Positions 1 through 14,175 of a DNA stretch of 64,000 bases are shown here, in pieces (positions within the stretch are counted from its first letter, which is position 1; each line of letters starts with the position of its first letter). Both the position numbers and the translations under genes were made by a program. The stretch comes from Ostrea edulis (Eukaryota), in contig NC_079172.1 in NCBI RefSeq assembly GCF_947568905.1, forward strand, positions 64,480,001 through 64,544,000. Reading direction: 5' to 3'. The notes beneath the pieces are model-generated. The model searched no databases. It worked only from the letters and a program-made list of their open reading frames with translations, and was not told the origin of the DNA.

Positions 1-91
1 TCACTGTACGTTATTTTCACTTTTTCATGGAACACCCATCTTTGAATCGTACAAGTGATGTAAATGTGAGGTCATGTTTATTTCAATTTTG

Positions 92-504
92 ATGTATGAT
101 TTCAATTTCTTCATCGTCAAATTCCCATATTTATGTAGCAATATTCCATTATCACCTGCATGTGATGTTTATATGTCTTACCTGATTCGATATACAAAAG
201 CTTCTCAGTTTTGAAATCCAGGCAGGATACTGACAAAAAGTTCATGACACAGGGGCTTCGACAGTCTCGTTTAAAGCCAGCATTTCATAAATTTTATGGT
301 CGTTATAACGATCTCATTTATAAATACAACCTGTCACTGGTTCAAATACTGTCTGACATGTTTCATACTGATTATTAGGCCCTTCTTGACACACTGATTT
401 TGACAGATTACTCTGTTTACCTGATCAAGACATAGGAATCACGGCGGGTGTGACTGGACGACAGGGGATGCTTACTCCTCCTAGGCTCCTGATCCACCTC
501 TGAT
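92..504 (+). mobile_element. Penelope-like element (PLE) 3' fragment (RT thumb and 3' UTR), decayed
   Basis: Degenerate translation 'DFNFFIVKFPYLCSNIPLSPA...YGRYNDL', followed by the shared 3' UTR ...cacggcgggtgtgac...cttactcctcctagg. An inverted piece follows at 506-562. Confidence 0.75.
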
Positions 505-837
505 AAATAAAGAGTTGGGCAAACACGTACCCCCTGGACATACCAGAGGTGGAATCAGGTGCAAATATATATATATAGGTTGGTTTATTACAAATTCCCT
601 CCAAATTTGCGCAGCATCATAATACATGTATATGAACAGATTTCTCTCAAAACTTAGAATAGTAATTAGTAAAGTCAGTTCAAGTCAAATTTACTGAAGG
701 ATTGTCATTGATTTCTTTATCAAGATGCATAAACAACGAGTGCGCTTTATTCAGCTTCGAGATGAAAGATACCATGGCAGTTTCTCTTGCTCTCCTGTGT
801 ATCGTTTATCATATTATAAAATCCATGACCAGAGGAG

Positions 838-1110
838 AGTATCTGAAACAGAACGAGCCCGACAAAGAAGAGTATCTGAAACAGAACGAGCCCGACAAAG
901 AAGGGTATCTGAAACGGATCGAGCCCGACAAAGAAGAGTATCTGAAACAGAACGAGCCCGACATAGAAGAGTATTTGAAACAGAACGAGCCCGACAAATA
1001 AGAGTATCTAACACAGAACGAGCCCGACAAAGAAAGGTATCTGAAACGGAACGACCCCGACAAAGAAGAGTATCTGAAACAGATCGAGCCCAAGAAAGGA
1101 GAGTATCAGA
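838..1110. repeat. 33-bp minisatellite, about 8 copies
   Basis: Unit gagtatctgaaacagaacgagcccgacaaagaa. Confidence 0.95.
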
Positions 1111-1569
1111 AACATTCATGCCTTACACAGAGCTCAGCAAGCCTCATGTCTTAGAAATTTGGATAAAAATGCGTTGCTAACTTATACTGATGATCATATT
1201 GTACATGTACAGATGATTTATAGATCATTTAAACGATTAGATAATTCCTAATGACCATTTATCAATCATTACCTAGATAATAAAATTTATATACATGTAT
1301 ATTATGGGGAATTATGAGATTGATCACTGTTCGTTATCTTCACCTTTCATGTATATAGCGCCTTATATCAAACAAATTACTTAAACACATTTTACAAGGA
1401 TAAGAAGAGTAATGCAACGATAAAACACAATTAAATGGAATTAAATGACAGTATGGCATACGATCATATATCTCTTTAAAATCATCAAAATAAAACACTA
1501 TGATTAAGATCGATAGCTTTTTTGGTGTTTGATAATCAAAAACAGTCACAGTTTATACAGGTAAGAATC

Positions 1570-1790
1570 TTAAAAGCTAATTGATTAAAATAAATTTTAA
1601 GACATTTTTTTTTAAATTTCAAGACATGTTGACGTCTTGATTTTATCTTGAAGGTCATTCCAGAAATGTCCTGCAGCCCAGCTAAGTTGTCGTTGTTCGT
1701 ACTTTTAAGACTTCGATTCTGACCGTAATGATGGACTTGGCTTACTGCCCGCTCCCCATTTCAGGGCTCGCCTTTAAAATTCACTTACTC
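1570..1790 (-). mobile_element. CR1/L2-type LINE 3' remnant
   Basis: Minus strand reads PSPSLRSES..(stop)..QRQLSWAAGHFWNDLQDKIKTSTCLEI, typical of a CR1/L2 ORF2 C-terminus. Confidence 0.55.
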
Positions 1791-1928
1791 TTTAATGTGT
1801 CTCAAACGTTTCTTTTGTAATGCACTCTTTGATTAAAATTTGAAAATAATGGTGGTCAACATCTCATACACAATGATTTATCAATAGTACAAACGATTTT
1901 AAAAAATGTAAATTGTTTAAATGGTTCA

Positions 1929-2047
1929 ATGAAAGGTAAAGATAACGAACAGTGATCAATCTCATTGCTCCTATAAGGAATACAAAATAGAGTTGGGCAG
2001 TACGGACCCCTGGGTACAACAGAGGTGGAATCAAGTTCCTAGGAGGA
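1929..2047 (-). mobile_element. PLE 3' terminal fragment
   Basis: Reverse complement of ...gagattgatcactgttcgttatctttacctttcat, the terminus shared by the family. Confidence 0.75.
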
Positions 2048-2894
2048 ATATGCTGTCATACCCGCATTTAATCATTCAAGCCATGCATTCAATCGGTCTA
2101 ATCCTGTTTTTAATATATTATCTAGATGTACCCAATCTTTAAAACGATCCGTCGAAAGTAGGTTTATGCAATCTTTTAATGATGAAATTTATTTTTCTAA
2201 TGCTATCCAAATGGCACAACATATTAGGATGATTATGAATAACATAAAAAATGTAATCTCATCCATAATTACAGAACACGTTTTTGAAAAATTGGATCAA
2301 GTCACTGCAAATCACTGAACACTAAACGTTTCTCCCATCGGAAATCAGAACAGAAGAGTCTGATGATAAACAACAGAGCTTGGACACGATCGCCATCAGA
2401 CGACAGCTGCAGACAATTAGTCAAAATATTTATCCCGTCTGCTCTGAAACAAAAAGCGCCACAAACCTGCAAAACTAATTAACAAAACTCCCGATGGTCT
2501 TCATTAATTTTATGAAAAATTCATATGCAAAGATTATTATTGATGCAATGGAAGGATAACATGTTTGGTATAGTTGTTATTTCTTTTAGGATATTACCTC
2601 TATTCCCCGCAATTTTACAACATGATATATACCATTTACATCTGCGTTATGACAGCAGAACGTAGCTGCACGAGATCTCGATATATTTACTTGAATTTTC
2701 TGTCTGGGGGAAAAGTTGATCTTTTTTCACTCAGTGACTGCTAAAATAGATACAGGAAATCGGCATGATTTGTGTTCTTGACAATATGCTTCACGAGAAA
2801 TGTGATTATAGTATTGAATTTCTCAGGTCAACGTTTGGGTATTTACTCCTTCAATAGTTTTAAAATATGCATCAATTTGGGTAAATGTAAAAAG

Positions 2895-3140
2895 CTGACC
2901 CTAAACTTCGGATATGTGGAGAGAGTGGAGTTGACCTTGAACTTTGGAGATGTGAAGAGGATGGAGTTGACCCTGAACTTCGGAGGTGTGAAGAGGGTGG
3001 AGCTGAACTTCAGAGATGCGGAGAGGGTGGAGCTAACCCTAACCTTCGGAGATGTAGGGAGGGTGGAGCTGACCCTGAACTTCGGAGGTGTGGAGAGGGT
3101 TGAGCTGAACGTGAACTTCGGAGGTGTGGAGAAGGTGGAG
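2895..3140. repeat. 36-bp minisatellite, about 7 copies
   Basis: Unit tgaccctgaacttcggaggtgtggagagggtggagc. Confidence 0.9.
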
Positions 3141-3169
3141 TCATTGTCAATACTCACAATAATATCACA

Positions 3170-3600
3170 ACATCGTACAAGACTCACAATATACATTTTC
3201 ACTTTATAAAAAAAAAAACCTCTACAAGATTAACAGAATACCTTTTGACTTTATAATTACACTGTAAGTTGTACAAGACTCACAAAATATATTTTGACTT
3301 TAAAAATAAACTGTAGAAGACTCCTTTTGACTATAAATACATGTAAACTGTACAAAACTCACAGAATACCTTTTGAATATAAATAAACTGTACAAGACTC
3401 ACAGTATACGTTTTGACTATGAATAAACTGTACAAGACTCACAGTATACCTTTTGACTATGAATAAACTGTACAAGACTCACAATATACCTTTTGACTAT
3501 GAATAAACTGTACAAGACTCAAAGTATACCTTTTGACTATGAATAAACTGTACAAGACTCACAGTATACCTTTTGACTATGAATAAACAGTACGTTTTGA
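3170..3600. repeat. 40-bp minisatellite, about 10 copies
   Basis: Unit gaataaactgtacaagactcacagtataccttttgactat. Confidence 0.92.
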
Positions 3601-4481
3601 CTTTAGGTCCGTCAGCAGAATTCGATGGGTTCTTGTCGTAAACAATATAACGCGCTTCAGCCTATACAGAGTTTTCCAATAGAAGTCCGGTAGATCTGTA
3701 AGCTCTCGGCTGCTTTTCTTTCAGCTCGGTCAGCAAATTCAGAGAAAATTGTGAAGAACTATTGACTCAAATCAAACTTCTCGCACAAAATCTAATCAAC
3801 CCCACTCATTGTCAAGAGTGATGAGAGGTTCCGAACGACAACAAGCAGGCCATGGTCGTTTTCACAATTTGATATCAGAACCTAAGTTGTCTTGGATGTA
3901 TAAATACTTCACTAATGCCCAAGTATATTCATTTCAGTTTCGTGTGTATGTGATGTATCTGTGTTTTGTTTTGTTTTCAACTTAGCGTGTGGTTTCTAAA
4001 TCTTGAATCAATAAATAAATGTAAATAGTGATTGAAATTCCGTCATACAAGCTGACGTAAAGGGTTGTTATCAGAGAAAGTATTCTAACGCTCAATGATT
4101 TCCATCTAACAAACAATAAACAGCCTTGTATCCTATTGACATACTTCTAAAGTTCAACGAATATACATTTTTCCTAGTTTGCCTGGAGTTGTTTCCCTTT
4201 GATGAACTTTTCGCACAGCGAGACACAAAATATGTTTTTGTACACATGCGTGTGAGTACAAATTTATGAGCATTTGATAATAAAATAGTTGCTTATAGGA
4301 GTTATGAGATTGATCACTTTTCCTTATCTTCACCTTTCATTCAAACAAAAATCGATAATTGCCATCATTCTTTGACGAAAGTACCACTCAATGAGGAAGT
4401 AAACAATAATTTCATAATTTAATTGCCTAATCAAAAATATTATTCTTGACATGGTCAGTTATATGTATATGAATGGCTGAT

Positions 4482-4737
4482 ATGAAAGGTGAAGATAACG
4501 AACAGTGATCAATCTCATAACTCCCACAAGCAACACAAAATAGATAATTGGGCAAACACGGACCCCTGGACGCACCAGAGGTGGGATCAGGTGCCTAGGA
4601 GGAGTAAGCATCCCCTGTCGACCGGTCACACCCGCCGTGAGCCCTATATCCTGATCAGGCAAAGGAAGTCATCCGTAGTCAAAATCAGTGTGCCAAGAAC
4701 GGCCTAACAATCGGTATGAAACACGTCAGACAGCATT
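4482..4737 (-). mobile_element. PLE 3' fragment
   Basis: Near-consensus reverse-complement copy of the family 3' UTR. Confidence 0.8.
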
Positions 4738-5469
4738 AACTTTCATCGTTATCTAGGTAAACAGCTTATGCTATATATAGACATTTTGCACTCTTCTATG
4801 CGTTTAATGAAATACCAAACGTATCTCAATCACAGAAGAGCTGATTTGTCGGAAATAGCGTTTTCCATCTAGCACACAATAAACTGTGGTGTACCCTCCT
4901 GCAGTGTGACGGTCCTTGTATTAACTTTGAGAGCACTCTTGAAAAAAAAACATTAAAACTAACACCGAGTGTCATTAGGCAGTGCAACAGATTGTTCATC
5001 GCTATCTGTGATTCAGTGGTGGTTTCGATAATATGATTGGTATTTTCTGATTTGCAAGAAGACAAACACCGTCATCTATTTAATTTACATTACATAATAT
5101 CCGAGTAGTTTGTATTTCAATAAATTGGTATAGAAAAATAACAGCGGGATCGTATGGGACCAAAGCACAGAATTATGTACATATAGGTCAACATTAATCA
5201 ATTGGCTTTACCAGTATTTCTGTATAATATGCATCTGGGGTCTCTGTGGTGTCATTATAAACAGGAATAAAGGCACCCACAGTACTACATATTACATGCT
5301 TTTCTAGTGTTAGAATTAGAGTGTTGATGTTTTGGAGAACAGCAATGTCCTGCATCTTTCGTCATCTGAACTCAGTCGGCAAAATAATTGTGAGACGCAT
5401 CACCTAAACCATGACCGCTATCTTCTAAACCGGAAATGAGAGAGTGTGTGAGAAATTTAAAACAGGTGA

Positions 5470-7230
5470 AACTATGGTCATCTTATTACACAGGTAAATT
5501 GAGGTCATCTGATTACACAGGTAAACTGTAATAATCTGATTACACAGGTGAACTCTGATCAACTGATTACACAGATAAAATGTGGTCATCTGATTATACA
5601 GGTAAACTATAGTCACCTGATTACTCAGGTAAAACTAGGTCATCTGATTACACAGGTAAACTCTGATCAACTGATTACTCAGGTAAACTGAGGTCATTTG
5701 ATTACACAGGTAAAATATAGTCATCTGATTATATAGGTAAACTATGATCATCTGATTACACAGATAAACTGTGATCATCTGATTACACAGGTAAAATGTG
5801 GTCATCTGATTACACAGGTAAACTATAGTCATCTGATTACGCAGGTAAAACTAGGTCATCTGATTACGCAGGTTAAACTAGGTCATCTGATTACACAGGT
5901 AAACTGATGTCATCTAATTACACAAATAAACTGTGGTCATCTGATTCCACAGGTAAACAAAATCATCTCTTTACACATGTAAGCTGTGGTCATCTGATTA
6001 CAAAGGTAAACTGGGGTCAACTGAATACATATGTAAACCATAGTCACCTGATTAAACAGGTAAACTAGGTCGTCTGATTACACAGGTAAACTGTAATCAT
6101 CTAATTACACAGGTAAACTATTGTCATCTGATTACACAGGTATACTAGGTAATCTGATTACACAGGTAAACTGTGGTCATCTCATTATACAGGTAAACTA
6201 GGTCATCTGATTTCCCGAGTAAACTGTGATCATCTGATTACACAGGTAAACTGTGATCATCTAATTACACAGGTAAAGTGTGGTCATCTGATTATACAGG
6301 TAAACTGTGATCATCTGATTATACAGGTAAACTGTGGACATCTCATTATACAGGTAAACTAGGTCATCTGATTTCCCGAGTAAACTGTGATCATCTGATT
6401 ACACAGGTAAACTGTGATCATCTAATTACACAGGTAAAGTGTGGTCATCTGATTATACAGGTAAACTGTGATCATCTGATTATACAGGTAAACTGTGGAC
6501 ATCTGATTATATAGGTAAACTGTGGTCATGTGATTACTCGGTCAACTGAGGTCATCTGAATACACAGGCAAACTACGTCATCTGATTACACAGGTCAACT
6601 GAGGTCATCTGATTACACAGGTCAACCGTGGTCATCTGATTACAGAGGTAAACTGAGGTCGTCTGATTACATAGGTAAACAGTGGTCATTTGATTACACA
6701 AGTAAACTGAGGTCACCTGATTACACATGCAAACTAGGTAATCTGATTACATACGTAAGCAGTGGTCATCTGATTACAGAGGTAAACTGAGGTCGTCTGA
6801 TTACATAGGTAAACAGTGGTCATTTGATTACACAAGTAAACTGAGGTCACCTGATTACACATGCAAACTAGGTAATCTGATTACATACGTAAGCAGTGGT
6901 CATCTGATTACAGAGGTAAACTGGGGTCATCTGATTATATAGGTAAACTGTGGTCATCTGATTACACAGGTAAAATGTGGTGATCTGATTACACAGGTAA
7001 ACTGAGGTCATCTGATTACATAGGTAAACTATAGTCATCTCATTACACGGGTAGACTAAGTCATCTGATTACACAGATAAACTGAGGTAATCTGATTTCA
7101 CAGGTAAATTGAGGTCATCTGATTACACAGGTAAACTAAATAATTTGATTACACAGATAAATTGAGGTAATCTGACAACACAGGTAAACTGTGGTCATCT
7201 AATTACACAGGTAAACTTGATTACACAGGT
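5470..7230. repeat. 26-27-bp minisatellite, roughly 65 copies
   Basis: Unit ggtcatctgattacacaggtaaactgt, with internal block duplications (for example 6180-6360 and 6660-6900). Confidence 0.95.
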
Positions 7231-7374
7231 TGAAACCACTGTGAATTTTGGATATAACGCTATGTGTTTTAGGATGTTATCGAATCTGATGATGTTTTCG
7301 ACATCCGATGACGAATCAGTCCATCCCATGATTCCTGGGAAAGTCTCTGTCGGCGATTTGAACCCACTCCTCCT

Positions 7375-7720
7375 GAACAGAGCATAACCTCAAACTCACT
7401 AATCCTTTTGTAATATGTTCTGAACAGGGCACAAACTCAAACTAATCTTGTCACCATATGTTCTTAACAGAACGCAAACTCAAAATCACTAACCTTGTCA
7501 CAATATGTTCTGAACAAGTCACGACCTCAAACTCACTAACCTTTTTATAATATATTCTGAACAGAACGCAAACTCAAACTAATTTTGTCACCATATATTC
7601 TAAACAGGATACAAACTCAAAATCACTAACCTTGTCATGACATGTTCTGAACGGGACACAAACTCACTAACCTTGTCACGATATGTTCTGAACAGGTCAC
7701 GACCTCAAACTCACTAATCT
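7375..7720. repeat. About 44-48-bp degenerate minisatellite
   Basis: Recurring ctcaaactcactaaccttgtcac-atatgttctgaacag. Confidence 0.85.
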
Positions 7721-9027
7721 TGTGTCATGGTATGTCCATGAAAAAAGCTGTACAGAAGTGTTGCCATGAGGCACATTTGATTTAAATGACATAATTTTGA
7801 TTCCCGATTTTTACAGGACATATTCGATATCTTCTTCTAAAGGACTGCTTGCAAATGTGCTAAAATCTTACTGTAATGTTCCATAAATCATCAATATAAG
7901 CATTGAATTTCATATCTCAAATATACATCTAAGTCTGCTAAATTCGTTGTGTACAGTGTAATTATCTCGCACGTAGAATCGCTTTCATAAGAATTCTGCA
8001 TTCTTCTTGTCTCTAAACGAGATTGAATGACCAGGGTTAAAATAAATTCCGAGACCCGAATCTCCACGGCATTGTCAAACAATATGGTCCGATAATCCGA
8101 TCCAGAGTGATCGGGCTGATCTGATTTATCCATGCCATTAGAACGCTCATTTACATGGTATTGGAAGCCTCTCTATGGATCTCCTGTAACCAAATGCCTT
8201 CTTCAATGGAACACTAAATTAAGGAGGTCACAAAGTAGATGCGGCAATCAGTATCCATGTATTTGAATCAAGAGTCTGTAGGGAATATTTCTTTGTCCTC
8301 TAGCGATTTTCTGATGTGTGAGATAAGCAATGAATCTACCGATATATACGTGCCCTGCAGTTTAGAGAGCTTTATATACAGGTCACTATCTATGTATCTA
8401 AGAATATGTAGATTTACTCTCTTATGACTTGCCATTTTTCTCTTATCTGAAGAGTAGATAAAATATCACATTAGTCGAGAAAAAGTCAATGATTGTTTAT
8501 CATGTGATTGAATAATCTGAAACATTCAGAATTGGCTATTAGAGCCATCGAAACGTTCGTCATCTTTGTTTACATCTAAAGTGCAACGCCGTGTCGAAAG
8601 TGATTCGAAGAGAGTGTTCTTGTACATTGTATTATTGAGTAATTTAAAGCACCAAAGCTTACCAAGCAATACCTGATCAGTCATATTCATATCGGGTTCG
8701 ATGTTAGTAATTCTCAACAATTGTTACCACAGTGATAGAAGTCACATGTTCTCTACAGCTACAGCGTACGTTTCGTGTTGGTAAAAAAGCGAGTTTTCAT
8801 TAAATAACCAAAAATGATGATTAATTGTATCAATTTTAGGAATTCGAATCTATTTTCGGTCCAGCGTTGTGAACATCCGATGTTATATTCACCTGAATAT
8901 GACATTCATAACCTTCTATTTTAGCTTCTCAATGAAAAAGTTCGAAATTATTCCATTGTATAAAAACATTCATTATCACCAAACGTAGATATCATTCATG
9001 ATCATTAAGTCAATTAAATACAAGTAG

Positions 9028-9480
9028 GGGTAAGGATAACAAACAGCAATCTATCGCATAACCTTTATATGAAATACAAAATAGATAGTTGGGCAAACAC
9101 GGATCCCTGGATATACCAGAGGTGAGATCAGATGTCTTGGAGGAGTGAGCATCCCCTGTTGACCGATCACACCTGCCGTGAGCCCTATATCTTGATCGGT
9201 AGATGAAGTAATCCGTAGTAGTAAGTATAGATATTATTAATCATCATCAAATCAATTGAATGTATGTAAGGAGAGCTTTAATTTTTACCAGGACTACTCA
9301 AAATTAAGAACATATAGTAAATCTAGACATGGGAATTTTGTATCGGTTCACAAAGGTGGAAATAACGAACAGTGATCAATCTCATAACTCATATACAAGT
9401 GATACAAAATAGAGAGTTGGGCAAACACGAATCCTTGGATATACCAGAGGTGGTATCAAGTTCCTAGGAGGAGTAAGCAA
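9028..9480 (-). mobile_element. Two PLE 3' fragments (9028-9219, 9352-9480)
   Basis: Same family 3' UTR in reverse orientation. Confidence 0.75.
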
Positions 9481-10257
9481 CATGTGTTTCAAGAATTTCA
9501 AATACTTGGATAAATTTTCTTTATGACCACTACAAAGGGTTTATACCGTGGGTGACGAGAAAACAAATTTTGGCGAATCTCCCGAAGGAATTAATGGATA
9601 TACAAACCATGAGAATTGTGATTGAAGCATATGAAATTAAAAAAAAAAAACAACCAAGTAATTTGATAGTACATTTTTTTACCTGGAGTGAAAACAACAC
9701 CACAACACATCCAAAGTATTTCAATTTTAGAACTATGAGTTGCACCCAGTGTTTTAGTAATATTTGTGCCACGAGTATTGGGTAAGCACACATTAGATCG
9801 TCATATTGTACAGGCGATGGTAACATGCTTTTGTCACAACTTCAAAGTGCTGATATGCTTTTATCAGACAAAAGGAATTACAATTGACCACCTGTTCCTC
9901 TCAGTATCTCACCATGTGTGTCCTCGTTATCTAGATGAAGATGGGACAAATAAAACTTTAGAATATAACAAACTGTATTGCAACGTTCTGAAGGACATCT
10001 TGCAAAATAAATAACTTTAATTTGTACTTCCAAGACAAACTTGCATAAAGTACTGCTTTAAAAATTGACTTGTCATTAGTTTGTACAATTTTATGAACCT
10101 TTAAATGCAAATTAAACTTTTTAAATCCATCTTATAAACCTGAACTAAGATCATTTTAAAAGGCCATCCTTAAAAATATATTTATTTGATCTACTCTAAT
10201 CCCTAACATTTAAGGTGGGTATGTAGGTAGGTCTTTTTATTTCTAGATATACATGTA

Positions 10258-11643
10258 GGGCTCATGGCGGGTGTGACCGGTCGACAGGGGATACTTAATC
10301 CTTTTAGACACATGATCCCACCTCTGGTATATTCAGGGGTCCGTGTTTGTCCAACTTTCTACTTTGTATTGCATATAGGAGTTATGAGATTGATTACTAT
10401 TCATTATCTTCATCTTTCTTTTGATCGTGTCAACACTGAAATTTAAGACTTTTACCAAAATGATCTTTTGTTTTCACAAAACTGTCCTTAAAATGATTGT
10501 GTAGGAGAGGTTTTGATAGGTTGGTCAGACAACATCACACAAACAGTTTTTAATGATTTTAGCCTTAGAAATAAGTAATGATAGAATGTACTTTCACTAA
10601 ACTTTCTGGGGATGTTTCTTCTTTTATCTTACACACTGCAATAAAATTAGAATTCAAGTTCTTGTCTCGGTCAAATTCTTATTATTTCCTTGCCCTCGTG
10701 TTGAATTCTACAATCCAGATATTGGTTAACAAATTCAATAAATTCAGACTGGCTCAATTCCACACTGTTCATACATACCGGTATATATGATATACTTACG
10801 CCTCTTATTCCAATTGTTAGACCGTTCTTTCTATACTGATTTTGACGACGAATTACTCCATTTTCCTTATCAAGATATAAGGCTCACAGCGGATGTGACC
10901 GGTCAATAGGTGAAGGCTTACATGTACTTCTCTAATCCTACCCCCTAGTGTATAAATGGGGTCGTGTTTGCCCTACTCTTAATTTTGCATTCTTTATAGG
11001 AGTTATGAGATTGATAAATGTTCGTTATCTTCATGTTTTCATACTCAGATCGAGGGATTGTCATACATGTTCCTTTATTAGGCACAGCAAAGAGAAAACA
11101 AGTTCTGAAAACGGGGGGAAAATAGAAATTTTCAAAGTCTACCAGCAATAACTTTGGTGAAAATAAGTTAAATAAAAGGAAACTTGAACAAGATCTCTCA
11201 AATATCAATTTAAAGATTCTCACAGTCTAAGAGCAATAACTTTGGTAAACCAAAACATGAATGACAAGAACCCCCCCCCCCCCCCCCCCCCCCAAGTCAT
11301 CAATGAAAAGGTGAAGATAAAGAACAGTGATCAATCTCATAAATCCCATAAAGAATTAAAAAAAAGTTGGCAAATACGGACCCCTGGACATACCAGAGGT
11401 GTGATCAGAAGTCTAGAAGTAGTGAAAGCATCTCCTGTCGACCGGTCATACCCACCGTGAGTCATATACAATGTATCTTGTTCGGGTAAAGGGAGTAATC
11501 CTTATCAAAATCATTGTTAAGAACGCTTTAACAATCGGTATGATACATATGTGCACGCCAGACAGCATTTGACCCTACAGCAGGTTGTATTGGCAAACGA
11601 GGTCGTTATAACGGCCATAGAATTTGTGAAATGCTGACTTTAA
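10258..11643. mobile_element. PLE 3' fragments: 10258-10418 (+), 10812-11034 (+), 11303-11643 (-)
   Basis: Same family 3' UTR and RT-thumb sequence. Confidence 0.75.
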
Positions 11644-12435
11644 GCAATATAAAGAGACATTTCAAAACTCAGCTCATTATTAAACATTTTAAAAAATACG
11701 CTGGTCATCTAAAACCACAATGATGATGATGGAGAAAACTCCGTAAAAAATGTTTAAAGTCTGAAAGCAATCATCTGGGTGAAAATAGGCCAATCAAAAA
11801 CATTTAAACTCACTGTGTTTTTCAATTACCATTCTTACTAACTGAAACCAAAGTACGGGTAGTCTGATCCCATGGGTATAAATTGTAATCAAAATGCCAA
11901 TACAACAAATGCCTTTCAGTTTTTCAAAGTATATGACATGATAAACATGTTCATCTATCGAGGTATATAATCTCATTCAATCTATAAAAAAACAAAACAA
12001 CTGAAAGCCATTTTAATACATTGTAGGTATAGTAAAACATAAAAATCGGGGAGAAAAGACGAATAATGAGAAAATTTGCAAAGTCTACAGGCAATAACGA
12101 GCACTATCTTTAGTGAAAATACATCAATCGATATGAAACTCGACCTTAATCTGTAGTCATCAATTTAAAAGAAATATACCAAATATTACATTGTACCTCA
12201 TTATCTGCGGAAACAAAATACCAACCTAGAAAACAGCTAATAATCAATTTTCAAACTCCAAGGGTAATGAGTTTAGTAAAATGAAAGTAGAATGTACATC
12301 AATTTGAAACTCGAATTTGATCTGGAAACCATCACAAAAAATAAAGTCTGGAAAACGGCGAGTGGCTGGAATTATTTTCACTTTTTCATCTGCATATCAT
12401 CAATGGAAAGAGACATTCAAAGATTTTGTTCATTA

Positions 12436-12998
12436 ACTAGAAGCAGAGCAAATACAAACAGAAGTAAAAGCAATAAAATAATCGGAAAAGAATGAGAACT
12501 TTGAATGAGTACAGGCAATGACTATACTGGAAAAATATGTCAATCGATAGGAAACTGGAACTCTAGCTGTAAGTTATCAATGCTAAGACATGTACTAAAT
12601 ATCAGATCATTATCTACAAGCACAGTGGGAGAAACAACAGTCAGAAAACAGACGATAATTAAACGTTTTCAAACATTAAGGGTAAAAACTATGGAACAAA
12701 ATGACAATCAATATGAAGCTCTAACTTAATCTGGAAGTAAGCAAAATAGTGAGACATTCCAAACATCAACTCATTACATACAGGCACAGCAAAGAATTCT
12801 AGAGTATGGTACTATAAAAACCAGCTCATTATATACAGGTACAGCAAAGAATCCATTAATATGGTACTATAAAAACCAGCTCATTATGTACAAGCACAGT
12901 AAAATATAAAGCTTGAAAGCTATGATGGATTGGCGGACAGAAAGGAATAATATACAGTAGTATATGATCTGACCATTTCATGACAGGGGCATAAAAAT
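12436..12998 (-). mobile_element. Helentron/HINE-like non-autonomous element
   Basis: Ends gacaggggcataaaaa (reverse complement of the ttttatgccc.. start seen in other copies) and carries internal short tandem repeats. Confidence 0.45.
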
Positions 12999-13029
12999 GA
13001 TCTGAGTCCCATTAATTGGTTATTCTAAA

Positions 13030-13790
13030 GAGGCAGATACGAAATGTGCTCCTTTGTTAGCTGACCTGTTTTTATTTGCTTATGAAGCACAATTTATTCA
13101 AAAACTTCTACATGAGAAGAAAACATCTCTTGTTGTGGCCTTCGATTCGTCATTTAGATATATCCACAACGTATTATTATCTATTGACAATAATAATTTT
13201 CAATCATAAGTTGATTCGATATATTCCTGTGAACTCGAAATAAAAGACACCACGGTCGTCCACTTCTGCTTCATACTTAGATATTAACGGCAACCTAACA
13301 ACTCAACTGTATGACAAACGGGATGATTTCACTTTTTTCATCGTTAACTTCCCACCTTTATATGTAACAATATTCTATTATCACCTACATAATGGTGTTT
13401 AAATTTCTCAACTGATTCGATACACAAGATCTTCTCTTGTTTTGCGTATGGTCCGTTTTTAAATCGGGGCAGGAGACTGACAAACAAGTTGATGTTACAG
13501 GGGTTTCAACAGTCTCATTTAAAGTCAGCATTTCGCAAATTCCGTGGTCGTTATAACGATCTAGTTTGCCAATTTATACAACCTATCATTAGGATAAATG
13601 CTGTCTGACGTGTTTCATACTGTTTGTTAGGCCGTTCGTGGCACACCGAATTTGACTATGGATGACTCCGTTTACCTGATCAAGATATAGGGCTCACGGT
13701 GGGTGTATCCGGTTGACAGGGGACGCTTATTTCTCTTAGGTATACCTGATTCCACCTCTGGTGTGTCCAGGGTCCATGTTTACTCTCTAT
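13030..13790 (+). pseudogene. PLE reverse transcriptase fragment, frameshifted
   Basis: Reads CAPLLADLFLFAYEAQFIQKLLHEKK..FRYIHNV (degenerate YIDD)..ELEIKDTT..LYDKRDDF..NKLMLQGFQQS, then the 3' UTR. Confidence 0.85.
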
Positions 13791-14175
13791 ATTGTAGTAC
13801 AATGTAATTAATTTTACTTGTTACACTCAATTTGATTAGTTCATTCCACTTTATCAGTATGCTTGATATCGTATAAACAATGTTGCCCTTGAACTCCGCT
13901 ATATGACGTTATAGGAATGACGTCATATTACGTTTGGCCGTTCAGTTTCCAATTTGTTTCTACGGCGATATTGGTCCGCATCATATAAAATTTATATTTT
14001 CTTTAGAATTATCCATCAAATAACATCAAACGCGGTTACTAAATTAAATTATGATAAGGAATGAAAGTAATTTTTTATTTGTTTTATACGATATAAAGGA
14101 AGTTTGCACAGTTTACGCAATTTTATATACCGCTTTGCGGTTTAAAATGCGTAAACTGCCCCCAACTTACTATTT

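Noticed and set aside
702-1180. ORFs in four frames, for example (EEYLKQNEPDK)n
   Set aside because: All are products of a stop-poor 33-bp minisatellite, with no splice or homology support.
3820-3840. Hammerhead core at gtgatgagaggttccgaacg
   Set aside because: It lacks the C of CUGA, GAAA reads GAAC, and there are no flanking stems.
4482-4700. HDV-like ribozyme or SECIS in the PLE 3' UTR
   Set aside because: A P1/P3-like pairing can be drawn, but L3 lacks the conserved G and no P2 or catalytic C could be placed. No SECIS core was identified.
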